A DNA stretch of 64,000 bases from Candidatus Marinacidobacterium sp. (GCA_965204755.1 OZ242011.1:2112001-2176000), one strand, 5' to 3'; positions 33,801-45,367 are shown, counted from the stretch's first letter. Made by a program: numbers and translations. Notes: generated by a model not told the origin, from the letters alone.

Positions 33801-34210
33801 TCCGTCTTGATCGGTTCGAGTTCCCCCGCCTCCGGCGCGGAGACGGCGGTGAGCAGCCGCACCGCCGAGTCGATCGCCCGGTAGGCCTCGTCGCTGGAGA
33901 ACTGCTTCTGGTGCGCCCAGTTGTTCCGGTGCCCCCGGAGTTCGGACACCAGACTGCGCTCCGCCGCGCCGAGCACCGCCCGGAACACCGGATTCCACAG
34001 GTCCCACATCGCCCGCAGCAGCGCCGCGGCGTCCCACCGCGCGAGCGGCTCCCTCGCCTGCTTCGGGTTGTCCGCGACGGCGCGCACCACCTCGCGCCCG
34101 ACCTTCCCCTCGCGGATCGCCCGCTGCACCTCCCGCTCGACGAAGGGCGCCAGCCCCCGCCGCAGGAGTTCCAGCCCCTGCTCGACTCGTCCTCGATTCG
34201 TGGTGGCCAT
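30878..34210 (-). CDS. DUF499 AAA+ ATPase with N-terminal Swt1-like HEPN domain
   Basis: MATTNRGRV start; RNNWAH (RxxxxH); EFAADL, LQTNFGGGKTHSMLALYH, LIDEWVAY, YPIHPE and FQRTRGVLR. Confidence 0.92.
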   Translation of the reverse strand: MATTNRGRVEQGLELLRRGLAPFVEREVQRAIREGKVGREVVRAVADNPKQAREPLARWDAAALLRAMWDLWNPVFRAVLGAAERSLVSELRGHRNNWAHQKQFSSDEAYRAIDSAVRLLTAVSAPEAGELEPIKTEMLRQRFEEQRRNIEKQRARKPLIESEPAGGAKPWRDLIEPHPDVATGRYREAEFAADLWQVHQGEGADEYRKPSEFFRRTYLTDSLRTLLTDAVRRLRGEGGDPVVELQTNFGGGKTHSMLALYHLFSGAGSADLQGVDALLAETGQSLPGGARRVVLVGNRIAPGQASVKDDGTEVRTLWGELAWQLGGKEAYERIRPSDERATNPGSALADLFRDYGPCLVLIDEWVAYARQLGSDPLPGGTFETQFTFAQTLTESAKQVADCLVVVSLPASDMAPSPHSESVVETTDDEVGGVRGREALSQLRNVIERVASPWRPATAEEGFEIVRRRLFQELPANNFKQRDLTARAFARFYRERKGEFPPKCREADYEARLRAAYPIHPEVFDRLYDDWSTLLRFQRTRGVLRLMASVIHTLWESGDRSPLILPSSIPIEDARVQPELTRYLTDNWTPIIGLDVDGPNSLPLTLDNEVPALGKLKAARRAARTIFLGSAPKRGTAQRGLDDQRMRLGCALPGESSAVFDDALRRLAARATHLYRDESQAWFDTQPTVTKLAEGRAEMRSKDEVAVEIAERVRGAVKVRHEFAAVHALPASGADVADLRDARLVVLPADAAYRRGGDSAAEQHARAILESRGNAPRTYRNTLLFLAPDQARLSDLEEAARAFLAWSSIVDERESLNLNAQQAKQAETRKRDADETVVARLPEIWRWLLAPQQREPADPPGWDAVELRTTESLVKRAAARALRDEWLIKGYGPTMLRREMDRVPLWRGPTRENAQHVEVRQLAEDYAQYLYLPRLLDPSVLARTIGNGLGLMSWLPESFAFADGYDEEADRYLGLRAGQATAVSVDAPGLLVKPERAWRQLQEDRPDPTPDPVPKPDEPEPDPDPVPPIPPAPSKKRYSGRASLDPMRVGPDAAKIADAVIAHLAGHSGAKVTVSLEIEATAEEGFSEQVTRTVSENGRTLSFDSSEFETE

Positions 34211-34337
34211 GGCGCTCTCAGGAGTCCTCCTCGCTGCGATGTCCCGATCCGGCGCCGCGCCGGTCGAAACGGGGCCGCGAAGTGTACCGGCGGCCGGTCC
34301 CGACTCTCCGGCGATAATGGGCGAGTCGTCTCCGCCG

Positions 34338-35918
34338 ATGCGCTTTTTCAACACCGAGGGCCCGGTGCGGGCGGACAAGCACTACACGCTTCCGCCGCTG
34401 GATCGCATCGACCTCGACCAGGTGCTCGCGCTCATCGGCTTGGAGAAGTACTTCGTTTTCCATGCGCCCCGCCAGACCGGGAAGACGACGACACTGCTCG
34501 CGCTCCGCGACCGGCTGAATTCCGGGGCGGCGGGCGACCTCCGCGCGGTGTACGCGAACCTCGAAGACGCGCAGGCGCTGCGCGAGGAACTGGAGCCGGC
34601 GATGCGCACCGTGCTGGCGCAGATCGCCCGCCAGGAGCGGCTGTTGGGGCACACCTTGCTCACCGACATCTGGCGGGACACCTTCGCCGAGGTCGGCGCC
34701 GGATCCGCCTTCGGCGAGTCGCTGACCCGCTGGTGCCTGGCGAGCCCCCGCCCGCTCGTGCTGCTCCTCGACGAAGTGGATGCTCTCGTCGGCGACACGC
34801 TGCTCTCGCTCCTGCGCCAACTGCGCGCCGGCTACCCCCAGCGACCGGAAGCGTTCCCCCTGAGCGTCGTGCTCTGCGGCGTGCGCGATGTCCGGGACTA
34901 CCGGGTGAAGTGGGCCCCGGACAGGGAAACGAATGAGGGGGGCAGCCCCTTCAACATCCGCGCCGAATCGCTCCGCCTCGGAGACCTGGACGAAGTCGGA
35001 ATCCGCACTCTCCTGGGCCAGCACACGGAAGACACCGGGCAGGCATTCACCGACGAAGCGCTCGCCGCCGTGTGGGAACAGACTCGAGGGCAGCCCTGGC
35101 TGGTCAACGCGCTCGCGTTCCAGGCCTGCTTCCGCGACCCCGCCGGACGGGACCGGAGCCGGATGGTCACCGCCGACCACATCCTGAACGCCCGCGAGGC
35201 GCTCATCCGGCGGCGCGAAACCCACCTCGACCAACTCGGCGCCCGCCTGCGACAGGAGCGCGTCCGGCGGGTGATCGAACCGCTGCTCACCGGCGCCAGC
35301 GTGGACGACTCCACCGCAGCGGACATCGAGTACTCGCGGGACCTCGGCCTGATCGCGTCCGACGACCCGATACGGATCACCAATCCGATCTACCGGGAGG
35401 TGATCCCGCGAGAGTTGACCGGCCGCGTGCAATCCAAGTTGGCCCAACAGCGGACGGCCTGGTTCGTGACGGAAGACGGCGGCCTCGATATGCCGCGTCT
35501 GCTGAGCCGGTTCCAGAAGTACTTCCGCGAGCACTCCGAACACTGGATCAGCCGCTTCGACTACGAGGAAGCCGGCCCGCAACTGCTGCTGCAGGCGTTC
35601 TGCCAGCGCGTCGTCAACAGCGGCGGCCGCATCGAGCGGGAGTACGGCCTCGGCAGAGGCCGGACCGATCTGCTGCTGATGTGGCCCGGAGCCGATGGCT
35701 GGCGGAAGTTCGTGGTGGAGTGCAAAGTCCGCCACGGCAGCCGGGCGGAAACGGAACGCCGGGGCTTGGAACAGACGGCAGCGTATATGGATCGCTGCGG
35801 CGCCGAGTCCGGCCACCTCGTGATCTTCGACCGCCACGCCAAACGCACCTGGAGGGAGAAGATCTACCGCAAGGAGGCCGAAGTGGACGGCTCTCCCATC
35901 ACCATCTGGGGGATGTAG
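34338..35918 (+). CDS. AAA ATPase (AAA_35-like) with C-terminal PD-(D/E)XK-like domain
   Basis: Motifs MRFFNTEGP, HAPRQTGKTT, LLLDEVD, SPFNI, GQPWLVNAL and REYGLGRGRTDL...VVECK. Confidence 0.85.
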   Translation: MRFFNTEGPVRADKHYTLPPLDRIDLDQVLALIGLEKYFVFHAPRQTGKTTTLLALRDRLNSGAAGDLRAVYANLEDAQALREELEPAMRTVLAQIARQERLLGHTLLTDIWRDTFAEVGAGSAFGESLTRWCLASPRPLVLLLDEVDALVGDTLLSLLRQLRAGYPQRPEAFPLSVVLCGVRDVRDYRVKWAPDRETNEGGSPFNIRAESLRLGDLDEVGIRTLLGQHTEDTGQAFTDEALAAVWEQTRGQPWLVNALAFQACFRDPAGRDRSRMVTADHILNAREALIRRRETHLDQLGARLRQERVRRVIEPLLTGASVDDSTAADIEYSRDLGLIASDDPIRITNPIYREVIPRELTGRVQSKLAQQRTAWFVTEDGGLDMPRLLSRFQKYFREHSEHWISRFDYEEAGPQLLLQAFCQRVVNSGGRIEREYGLGRGRTDLLLMWPGADGWRKFVVECKVRHGSRAETERRGLEQTAAYMDRCGAESGHLVIFDRHAKRTWREKIYRKEAEVDGSPITIWGM

Positions 35919-36009
35919 TCACATCATTTGGTGTTTTCGGTGCCGATAGAGCTACTCACTCGAACTGAACCCGGGGGATCTCGGTACCCGCTGTTGCGGA
36001 GGGCACGAA

Positions 36010-36261
36010 ATGACACACACTTGGTGCGGACTCAGGAGTCTGAGCGATGAGAAACTCGTCGAATGTCACGACGGCCTCCTCAAGAGCATGAACTTTGCCG
36101 CAACTGTGGCCTACTACCAGGCGGAGTTGCGACATCGGGAGCAGTTGCGTCTCGCTGAGAGCACGACAAGGTTCACCAAGAGAATCTTCTGGCTGACGGT
36201 GGCTATTGCGTTCTTCACCGTCGTGAATGTCGGAATCGTGGCTTGGGTTGCTACTCGGTAA
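36010..36261 (+). CDS. small hypothetical membrane protein
   Basis: 83 aa with protein-like composition and one C-terminal TM helix; fills the gap between the flanking genes. Confidence 0.55.
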   Translation: MTHTWCGLRSLSDEKLVECHDGLLKSMNFAATVAYYQAELRHREQLRLAESTTRFTKRIFWLTVAIAFFTVVNVGIVAWVATR

Positions 36262-37780
36262 GTCGGAACATTCGACCAAGACCGCCGTCATGTCGAGGCG
36301 TTTACCGAGCGGTGCTACTGCAGCCGCTGCTGGCGGCCGTGGTCTTCGCGGGCGAGGCGGGCCAGTTCGGGCCATGAGGTGACGAGGGTGTTGTAGACGC
36401 GTGCCTCCGCGGCCCGCTTCTGCCGGTCGCAGATCGCGTAGAGCCGGTAGGCGAGGTCCCTCGCCGCCTCCGCCTGCCCGCCGATCCTCCGCAGCAACTG
36501 GCCGGCGGCGAGTTCGCCGTCCCCTTCGAGCACCCGCACCAAGTGGTGGACCATCTCCCAGACCGTGAGCCTCCGGTCGGTCATGGGATCCCAGTCCTCC
36601 GGCAGTTCCTCGGGCCGCAAGAGGCGCACGCGCCCGCTGCCCTCGCGGAGGATCCCGGCTTCCACCAACCCCGCGACGCTCGTGTTCTTCGCCTTTGAGA
36701 GCGTCTCGGCGATTCCGAAGGCCGCCTCGTCAAAGTGATGCTGGCCAAACCAAGCCATTGCCCACCGAGTATCGGCGTCGAAATCGCCTTCTTTCTCTGC
36801 GAGCGCTTCGTCAAGCACTTCGTTGATCAGCGCGAGCGCATCCCCGACCGTCATTTTCTGTCCCGAAGAGTAGAGGACGCCGGAATACTGCGTAAAGACC
36901 GCCATTCCCGGCCCAATCGAGGCCTGCGCCAGATCCACGGGTGCGATGCCTGCCTTCTGTAGTTCGACGAGCGCAGGAGGCAGTGCCCTTTCAAGTATCT
37001 CCCTGAACTCGCGCCAAGTCGCCGTCCGTGCCTCGGTCGACCTCTTCCGGCATACCAGGACAATACTGGAGGCCAGGGCTGACTCTGCCTTCTTGAGATT
37101 TCCGGTGTATTCCGTCCGCATGGGCCAAGTGCCGGTAATCTCGAAACCGCAAGCGATGACGGCATCGAGAAAAGTCTCCCAACCAGTGCGTACAACACTG
37201 GAGTCCACGCCCTTTGTCTCGGCCTGCTTGAAGGCATAGTAGATGGTGACGGGGAACGCAGCGTGAGTCTGCTCGCCGAGACGCCGAATGGCTTGGGACA
37301 TTCCGCGAAGGAAGAACGCCTCTGCCTTTCGGCGACCACCATGTCGGTACGGTGTGGCCACGAGTTCCTCTGCCTTCGGCACCTCCAGCGTAGTGAAGAG
37401 ATCGGGGAATATGGAACTGACAGATGAACGGCGCAGCCAGACATAGAAGAAGTCGGACAGATCCGCGTAACCGATGTTGTCGTAGTACGGTGGATCGGTG
37501 GATACGATTTTCCTCGCACCGCCGAAGTGCGTTGCGTCCACCTGTGTTGCAGAACCAGGGGAAGTCGCCGGCAAACCCTCCAGAACTTTACCTGCCTGTT
37601 CTATTCCGGTCAGGAGGCCGCCGGAGCGCATCCCGTTGGGATTTGCTTCCGCGTAACTCCAGACCATCGGGAGGGCTTGTCGACCGAATGCGGAGACAGT
37701 AATGCTCCGACTCGTGTGCCAGAAACACAGCGACGACCAATAGTTCGCCCCCTTGTCTACCGCGAAAGCGCAGTACAGTG

Positions 37781-39232
<1,452 letters not shown>

Positions 39233-39248
39233 GACGAAGTCGGACGCT

Positions 39249-40229
39249 CTACGCCATCGCGGGCTGTGGGGCCCGTGACTCCCAGAGTTCCATTTCGCGC
39301 CGGACGATGGCCGTGAGCGGTTTCTCGCCCATCTCCAACACTCGGTTGCGGCGCAAGCCGGCGCAGAATTCCTCGGCCTCGGCGTAACTGATGGGGCCGA
39401 GGGCCGCGGCCAGCCGCTGGGGACTCACACCCAGGGACTCGCCGATGTCGTCGGCGAACTTCTCGAAGTAGCGGGCGATCTGCTCGGAACTCGGCGCCGG
39501 CAACTCCAGACGCAGTTGGAAGCGGCGCCAAACGGCGCGATCCAGAAGTTCCGAGTGGTTCGATGCAGCGACGACGATCGTGTAACTCGGCAGGTCGTCC
39601 ACCTGCATCAGCAGCGAGGTCACGACTCGCTTGATCTCGCCGGTCTCGTTCACATCACCCCGTTCCTTGCCGACGGCGTCGAATTCGTCGAAGAACAGGA
39701 CGCACGGCGTGGTCCGCGCGTAGTCGAAGACCCGCCGCAGTCTGGTGGCGGTCTCGCCGAGGAAACTGCCGATGATGGCGTCGTAGCGAACGACGAAGAA
39801 CTCGACTCCGAGCGCCTCGGCGATCGCCTCCGCCAGCGAAGTCTTGCCGTTGCCCGGAGGGCCGACGAGGAGGACCCGGTGGCGGGGCTCGAGGCCGTGG
39901 GCGCGCAGGAGATCGGCGCGATGCTGCTCTTCGACGAGGCGATGACAGGCCCGTTCGCACATCGGCGGCAGGAACAGGTCGTCGAACCGCTTCGTGGGCG
40001 TCGTCCGGAGCAAATACTCTCGCGCCTTGGGCGGGCGGCCGTTGACCGGAAAGCCGGTCCGGCCGGCGCTGCCGTTCGCGTGGAGCGCCCGGGAGAGGCG
40101 GTCGGCGAGGATGTTGTGCTGCTTGGCCCGCTCCTCGGCGATGAGGGCTTCGACGGTCTTGGCCAATTCGCGGCTGTTGCCTTCGACTCCCGCTCGCACC
40201 AGCGAAACGAGCAGATCGCTACGAGCCAC
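39249..40229 (-). CDS. AAA+ ATPase (IetA-like)
   Basis: GTG start with GGAGG RBS; motifs [42 protein letters not shown] and LDRAVWRRF. Confidence 0.85.
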   Translation of the reverse strand: MARSDLLVSLVRAGVEGNSRELAKTVEALIAEERAKQHNILADRLSRALHANGSAGRTGFPVNGRPPKAREYLLRTTPTKRFDDLFLPPMCERACHRLVEEQHRADLLRAHGLEPRHRVLLVGPPGNGKTSLAEAIAEALGVEFFVVRYDAIIGSFLGETATRLRRVFDYARTTPCVLFFDEFDAVGKERGDVNETGEIKRVVTSLLMQVDDLPSYTIVVAASNHSELLDRAVWRRFQLRLELPAPSSEQIARYFEKFADDIGESLGVSPQRLAAALGPISYAEAEEFCAGLRRNRVLEMGEKPLTAIVRREMELWESRAPQPAMA

Positions 40230-40803
40230 GGCGGCCTCCCCGGCGCTCGAGCGTCGCGGGCAGCGTCGCGCGAGGAACGGCGTCGGTCGCGGGTGGGCGC
40301 GTGGCCGGCGGTCCCGTGGCGTCGCCCGGCGCGGCTGCGGGAACCGTGACGGCGGTCGCGCCCTTTCTCGTCTGCTCGTCCGCGTCCGCCAAGTCGCGGA
40401 AGGCCTCACGGAGGAAACCGTCCGGCAGATCGGAAGCACTCGCGTACTTGGCGCGCAGGCCGCGCCGATGGATGAACCCGAGGCACAGGACGCTTCCGTC
40501 CGCCTCGCAGATGACGATGACAGAGTGCCTGGTCTTCGTGGTGGCATCGAGGGCGATCTCACCGTCGAACAGCGGATACGCCGAAAGGCGTTGGGGAAAC
40601 AGTCGGTAGAGCCGCGGAAGCAGAAACCGCGCGTTGCGCCGCGCCGACGGTGACGGCAGGGGCCACCCGTTCTCCTCGGCGTCCTCGTCGGCCTCCTCAA
40701 GTTCCCGGAGCGCGTCGCCGAGGTCGGGGTGGATTCCGCTCTCCGCCTCGACGAGCCGTTCCCCGGATCGCTCCGGAACCGAGCAGCGCGGGGATGAGGA
40801 CAC
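40219..40803 (-). CDS. hypothetical protein
   Basis: Protein-like core (EENGWPLPS...YPLFDGEIALD...LPDGFLREA); overlaps the start of the ATPase; own start uncertain. Confidence 0.55.
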   Translation of the reverse strand: MSSSPRCSVPERSGERLVEAESGIHPDLGDALRELEEADEDAEENGWPLPSPSARRNARFLLPRLYRLFPQRLSAYPLFDGEIALDATTKTRHSVIVICEADGSVLCLGFIHRRGLRAKYASASDLPDGFLREAFRDLADADEQTRKGATAVTVPAAAPGDATGPPATRPPATDAVPRATLPATLERRGGRRGS

Positions 40804-41070
40804 GAGGTGGTGGAAGAGACGGTCCGGCGCGACTGCGGAATGTCCCGTGATCGCTGCTGCGGCAGCGGATTCTACGACGCGGGGAACCTGCCGCTCCGCC
40901 GTCGCGGGCGCTCTGCGCTGTCGGGATGGACCGAGACCGCTCGGGACCTCGCGCGGCCTTCGCGGGCGCCCGGCGGCTCATCCGTTTGGGAGAGAATCCC
41001 CGGCCTTGAACCGACGCGACAGCCGCCGCCGGCGCACCGCGGCGACTCCTCCGGCGGGGTGTCCGCGCCC

Positions 41071-43887
41071 ATGACCGCGCGGGCCGCCGGGCGGGGCGCG
41101 GCCTCCGGCGGCGCCGGGACGCTCTCGGCGTTCGAAGGCGCGGACACGACGCTGGTCGCCGACCTGACCCCCGGCGGCGAGATCGTCCTCCGCTACGGCG
41201 CGGACGAGTCCGGGCAGGACTGGCCCGGGGAGCCCGGGAACTACATCCGCGCCGCCTTCACCTCGGACCGGGTCGCCGAGGCCTTCGCCGAAGGCCGGGC
41301 CGCCGGGGTCCTCCATCTCGGGGCCGCGGAATCTCGCACCCACCTCCACCCGACCCTCGGTTGGTGGCGGGACCTGGGAGGGGCCTTCGTCGCGGCCGCC
41401 TGCGCCGCGCTCGATCCGCTGAATCCGGAAGAGCCGGCGAGGCCGGAGCCGGACCGCGCGTGGCTGCAGCAACACGCGCTCTCCGCTCCGCCGATGGTCG
41501 GCGCGGAGACGGTTTCGCCGGCGCTTCTCCGCGAAGTCTGGGCGGAACTGGTGGACGCGCTCGCCGAGCGGGGCGGGGATACGCCGGGAGGCGCGGCGGC
41601 GTGGCTGCGGGAGCAGGACGAGCGATGGCATTCCGTGGGGCGGGTCTGGCTCCACCTCGCCGAGAATCGCCGCGATCCGGAACGGCCGTTCGCATTCCTC
41701 GCGACCTATGTGCACCGCGCCACCGGGCAGGCGGAGCCGGTGCACCTGCCGCTCCACCGCGCGCAGACGGAATACGCCGCCAAACGCGACCGCGGCAAGT
41801 TGCTCAACCTGCTCGAGCCGCTCAGCCGCGCGGCCGACGAAAGCGACCTGATCCGCGAACTGATCGCGTCCGGGCGCATCTACCGGCCCATACCCTGGAC
41901 TTCGGAAGAGGCGCTCCGTTTCCTCCGGGAAACCGACCTCTACGAAAACGCCGGACTCGTCGTCTCCACGCCCGATTGGTGGAATCGCAGGCAGCGGCCC
42001 CGGCCGCAGGTGCAGGCGACCGTGGGCGCCCGGCCGCCCTCCCGCCTGGGTATGGACGCGCTGCTGGACTTCGACATCCGTCTCACGCTGGGCGGCGAGC
42101 GGCTGACCGCCGCCGAAGCGAAACGCCTGCTGCGGGGAACCGAGGGACTCCAGTTGATCCGCGGCAAGTGGGTGGAGGTGGATTCCGAGCGCCTGCGCGA
42201 GGTATTGGCCGCGTGGGATGCGGTGCAGGAACGAATCGAACGGGACGGGCTCGACTTCGCGGAGGCGATGCGCCTGCTCAGCGGGATGGAGTTCCCCGAA
42301 GACGACGGGGGCGGCGTGATGCCGGAACGCACGGTCGCTGCGTGGTCGGAGGTCGTTCCCGGCGACTGGCTCCGGGAGCGGCTCGCCGAGATCCGGGACG
42401 CGCGGCCGGCGGGGGAGAGCGCCCGCGAAGCCGGTCTCCGCGCCACGCTCCGCCCTTACCAGGAGCGGGGCGTCGGTTGGCTGCTCACGCTGCGCGCGTT
42501 GGGGCTCGGCGGCTGCCTGGCCGACGACATGGGGCTCGGCAAGACGGTGCAGGCGCTCGCGGCGCTCCTCGTCGCCAAGGCGGGCGGCGAAACCGGCACG
42601 GCCCTGCTGGTGGCGCCGGCGTCGCTGCTCGAGAACTGGCGGCGGGAAGCGCAGCGGTTCGCGCCGGGTCTCTCGGTGCTGGTGGCGCATCCGTCGCGGA
42701 TGCCGGCCGCGAAACTCGGGAAACTCTCCGCCAAACGGCTCGGCGGCGTGGATGTGGTCCTCACGACTTACGGCACGGTGCTGCGCCACGCCTGGATGCG
42801 GCGCTGCCGTTGGCGGACCGTCGCGCTCGACGAGGCGCAGGCGATCAAGAACCCGGGCGCCAAGCAGACGCGCGCGGTGAAGTCGCTTCGCGCCGACTGG
42901 AAACTGGCGTTGACCGGGACGCCCATCGAAAACCGGTTGACCGATCTCTGGTCGCTCTTCGACTTCCTGAACCCCGGTTTGCTCGGCGCGGAGCCCGGGT
43001 TCCGGCGGCGGTGCCGGGCGATGGCGCAGGATCGGGAACGCGGTTACCGGCCGCTGCGGGAGTTGGTGCGTCCGTACATCCTCCGCCGGTTGAAGACCGA
43101 CAAGGACATCGTTTCCGACCTGCCGGACAAGTCGGAGGTGAACGCCTGGTGCTCGCTCAGCCGGATGCAGGCGGCGCTCTACGCGCAGTCGGTGTCCGAG
43201 ATGGAGCAGCGCGTCCGCGAGGCGGAAGGCATCGAGCGGCGCGGCATCGTCCTGCAGTTCCTCATGCGGCTGAAGCAGATCTGCAACCACCCTTCGCAGT
43301 GGCTCGGCGACTTGGACTTCGACCCGAAGGCGAGCGGGAAGTTCGGGCGGCTGCGGGAGATCGGCGAGTCCATCGCCTCGCGCCAGCAGAAGGCGCTGGT
43401 GTTCACGCAGTTCCGCTCGCTCACCGGGCCGCTCGCGCAGTTCCTGGCCGAAGTGTTCGGCAGGGAAGGGCTGACGCTCCACGGGGGTACGCCGGTGAAA
43501 AGGCGCGCCGAGATCGTCCGGCGGTTCCAGGAAGACGAGCGGACGCCGTTCCTGCTGCTGTCGCTCAAGGCGGGTGGGGTCGGGCTGAACCTGACCGCGG
43601 CCTCGCATGTGATCCACTTCGACCGCTGGTGGAACCCCGCGGTGGAGGACCAGGCCACCGACCGGGCCTACCGCATCGGCCAGCACCGGAATGTGCTGGT
43701 GCACAAGTTCGTCTGCCGGGGGACGCTCGAAGAGCGCATCCACCAGATGATCCAGGACAAGCGCGAACTCTCCGGCGAAGTGCTGTCTTCCGGCAAGGAG
43801 ATCTCGTTCACCGAACTGGGCGACGACGAGTTGACCGACCTGGTGAGGTTGGACCTGGACCGGGCCGTCGAGGCGGAGGCGGCCTGA
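41071..43887 (+). CDS. SNF2-family helicase (SWI2/SNF2, SWIM-associated type)
   Basis: Motifs LRPYQERG, LADDMGLGKT, LDEAQAIKN, ALTGTPIEN, LSLKAGGVGLNL and DRWWNPAVEDQATDRAYRIGQ; start inferred. Confidence 0.92.
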   Translation: MTARAAGRGAASGGAGTLSAFEGADTTLVADLTPGGEIVLRYGADESGQDWPGEPGNYIRAAFTSDRVAEAFAEGRAAGVLHLGAAESRTHLHPTLGWWRDLGGAFVAAACAALDPLNPEEPARPEPDRAWLQQHALSAPPMVGAETVSPALLREVWAELVDALAERGGDTPGGAAAWLREQDERWHSVGRVWLHLAENRRDPERPFAFLATYVHRATGQAEPVHLPLHRAQTEYAAKRDRGKLLNLLEPLSRAADESDLIRELIASGRIYRPIPWTSEEALRFLRETDLYENAGLVVSTPDWWNRRQRPRPQVQATVGARPPSRLGMDALLDFDIRLTLGGERLTAAEAKRLLRGTEGLQLIRGKWVEVDSERLREVLAAWDAVQERIERDGLDFAEAMRLLSGMEFPEDDGGGVMPERTVAAWSEVVPGDWLRERLAEIRDARPAGESAREAGLRATLRPYQERGVGWLLTLRALGLGGCLADDMGLGKTVQALAALLVAKAGGETGTALLVAPASLLENWRREAQRFAPGLSVLVAHPSRMPAAKLGKLSAKRLGGVDVVLTTYGTVLRHAWMRRCRWRTVALDEAQAIKNPGAKQTRAVKSLRADWKLALTGTPIENRLTDLWSLFDFLNPGLLGAEPGFRRRCRAMAQDRERGYRPLRELVRPYILRRLKTDKDIVSDLPDKSEVNAWCSLSRMQAALYAQSVSEMEQRVREAEGIERRGIVLQFLMRLKQICNHPSQWLGDLDFDPKASGKFGRLREIGESIASRQQKALVFTQFRSLTGPLAQFLAEVFGREGLTLHGGTPVKRRAEIVRRFQEDERTPFLLLSLKAGGVGLNLTAASHVIHFDRWWNPAVEDQATDRAYRIGQHRNVLVHKFVCRGTLEERIHQMIQDKRELSGEVLSSGKEISFTELGDDELTDLVRLDLDRAVEAEAA

Positions 43888-43927
43888 CGCTTCGGCGTTG
43901 CGGAATCCGTCGGCGGGGAAGCGTTCG

Positions 43928-45160
43928 ATGGCTCGGTACGGCCGACGGCGGTACTGGGACGCCTTCGCCCAGCCCTCCACCTACATGGTGGGCGCGCGGG
44001 CTCTCGAGGCCAAACTGGCGTTGAAGGCCGAGGGCCTGGAGTTGTCGCCGGTGGAGCCGGTGCGAGGACACCGCATCGCCGCGACCTTCTGGGGGCAGGC
44101 GTGGTGCCGCAACCTGACCCGGTACAGCGACTACGAGAACCGGATGCCCCGGGGGCGCTCCTATGTCCGGCACGGCTCGGTCGTCCACCTGGAGGTGGAG
44201 CCGGGGGAAATCCATGCGCTGGTCAGCGGGAGCGACCTCTACCGGGTAACGATCCGCATCGAACCGCTCGCCCGGAAGCAGTGGGACGCCATTCTCGGCC
44301 AGTGCGCCGGGGAGATCGAGGACTTGGTGCACCTGCTCCGGGGGGAGCCGCCGAAGCGGGTGATGGAGATCGTTACCCGGCCCGGTGACGGTCTTTTCCC
44401 GACGCCGAAGGAGATCGAACTCGACTGTTCCTGCCCGGACTGGGCGGACATGTGCAAGCACGCGGCGGCGGTGTTGTACGGGGTCGGCGTTCGGCTCGAC
44501 CACGACCCGGAGCAGTTGTTCCGGCTGCGGAGCGTCGATCCGAACGACCTGGTGTCCGCCGTGCCGGATGCGGCGGAGTCGGGCGAGGACGACGCGCTCG
44601 CCGGCGAGGACCTGTCCGCGCTGTTCGGCATCCGGTTGGAAGAGGAGGATTCGCCGGCGACCTCGGGCGCGCCGGGGTCGATGGGGGCTGTTCGGCGAAA
44701 GGTGTCGCGCAAGAAGGTGACGCGCAAGAAGGCGGCGCGCAAGAAGGCGACGCGGAAGAAGGTGACGCGCAAGAAAGCCGTCCGCAAGAAGAGCGGCGCC
44801 ACTCGGAAGAAGGCGACCGGCGCGGCGGCCCGGAAGGTCGCTCGCAAGAAGATCGGCGGCGGCGCGGCGGTGACGAAGAAGGCGACCCGGAAGAAGGTCG
44901 CGTCGGTCACGACGGTGAGGAAGAAGGCGACCCGCAAGAAGACGGCGGCGCGCAAGAAGGCGGTTCGCAAGAAGGCCGCGACGACGACCGCGCCGAAGAA
45001 GGCGACCCGGAAGAAGACGACGACCCGGAAGAAGGTCGCGCGGAAGAAGACGACCATCCGGAGGAAGACGACCACCCGGAAGACGGCGTCGCGGAAGAAA
45101 GCCGTCCGCAGGAAGGCGGCGCGGAAGAAGGCGGTTCGCAGGAAGACGGCAGGGCGGTAA
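43928..45160 (+). CDS. SWIM zinc-finger protein with histone H1-like Lys/Arg-rich tail
   Basis: Motifs RMPRGRSY and CSCPDWADMCKHAAAVLY, followed by about 150 aa of RKKxx repeats. Confidence 0.88.
   Translation: MARYGRRRYWDAFAQPSTYMVGARALEAKLALKAEGLELSPVEPVRGHRIAATFWGQAWCRNLTRYSDYENRMPRGRSYVRHGSVVHLEVEPGEIHALVSGSDLYRVTIRIEPLARKQWDAILGQCAGEIEDLVHLLRGEPPKRVMEIVTRPGDGLFPTPKEIELDCSCPDWADMCKHAAAVLYGVGVRLDHDPEQLFRLRSVDPNDLVSAVPDAAESGEDDALAGEDLSALFGIRLEEEDSPATSGAPGSMGAVRRKVSRKKVTRKKAARKKATRKKVTRKKAVRKKSGATRKKATGAAARKVARKKIGGGAAVTKKATRKKVASVTTVRKKATRKKTAARKKAVRKKAATTTAPKKATRKKTTTRKKVARKKTTIRRKTTTRKTASRKKAVRRKAARKKAVRRKTAGR
44695..45157 (+). repeat. degenerate 15-bp coding repeats (RKKAT/RKKVT/RKKAA)
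   Basis: Recurring cgcaagaaggcgacg-like units within the SWIM gene tail. Confidence 0.85.
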
Positions 45161-45367
45161 CCGGGCGGTAGCCGGGCCCCGCGGACCTCGGCCTCCGGGC
45201 CCTCGCGCGGCATCGGCGGCCCGGCGAAGAAGGCCGCCGGCCGCCCCCCTCGCCCCCCGAAACCCCGCCCGCTCCCGACCCCGGCGCCCCGCGTTCGCCT
45301 CCCCGCGCCGCGCCGCCGAACCCCCGCCCGAACCGCCTTCCCCGGCGTACCATTCGCGCCGCTTGCC

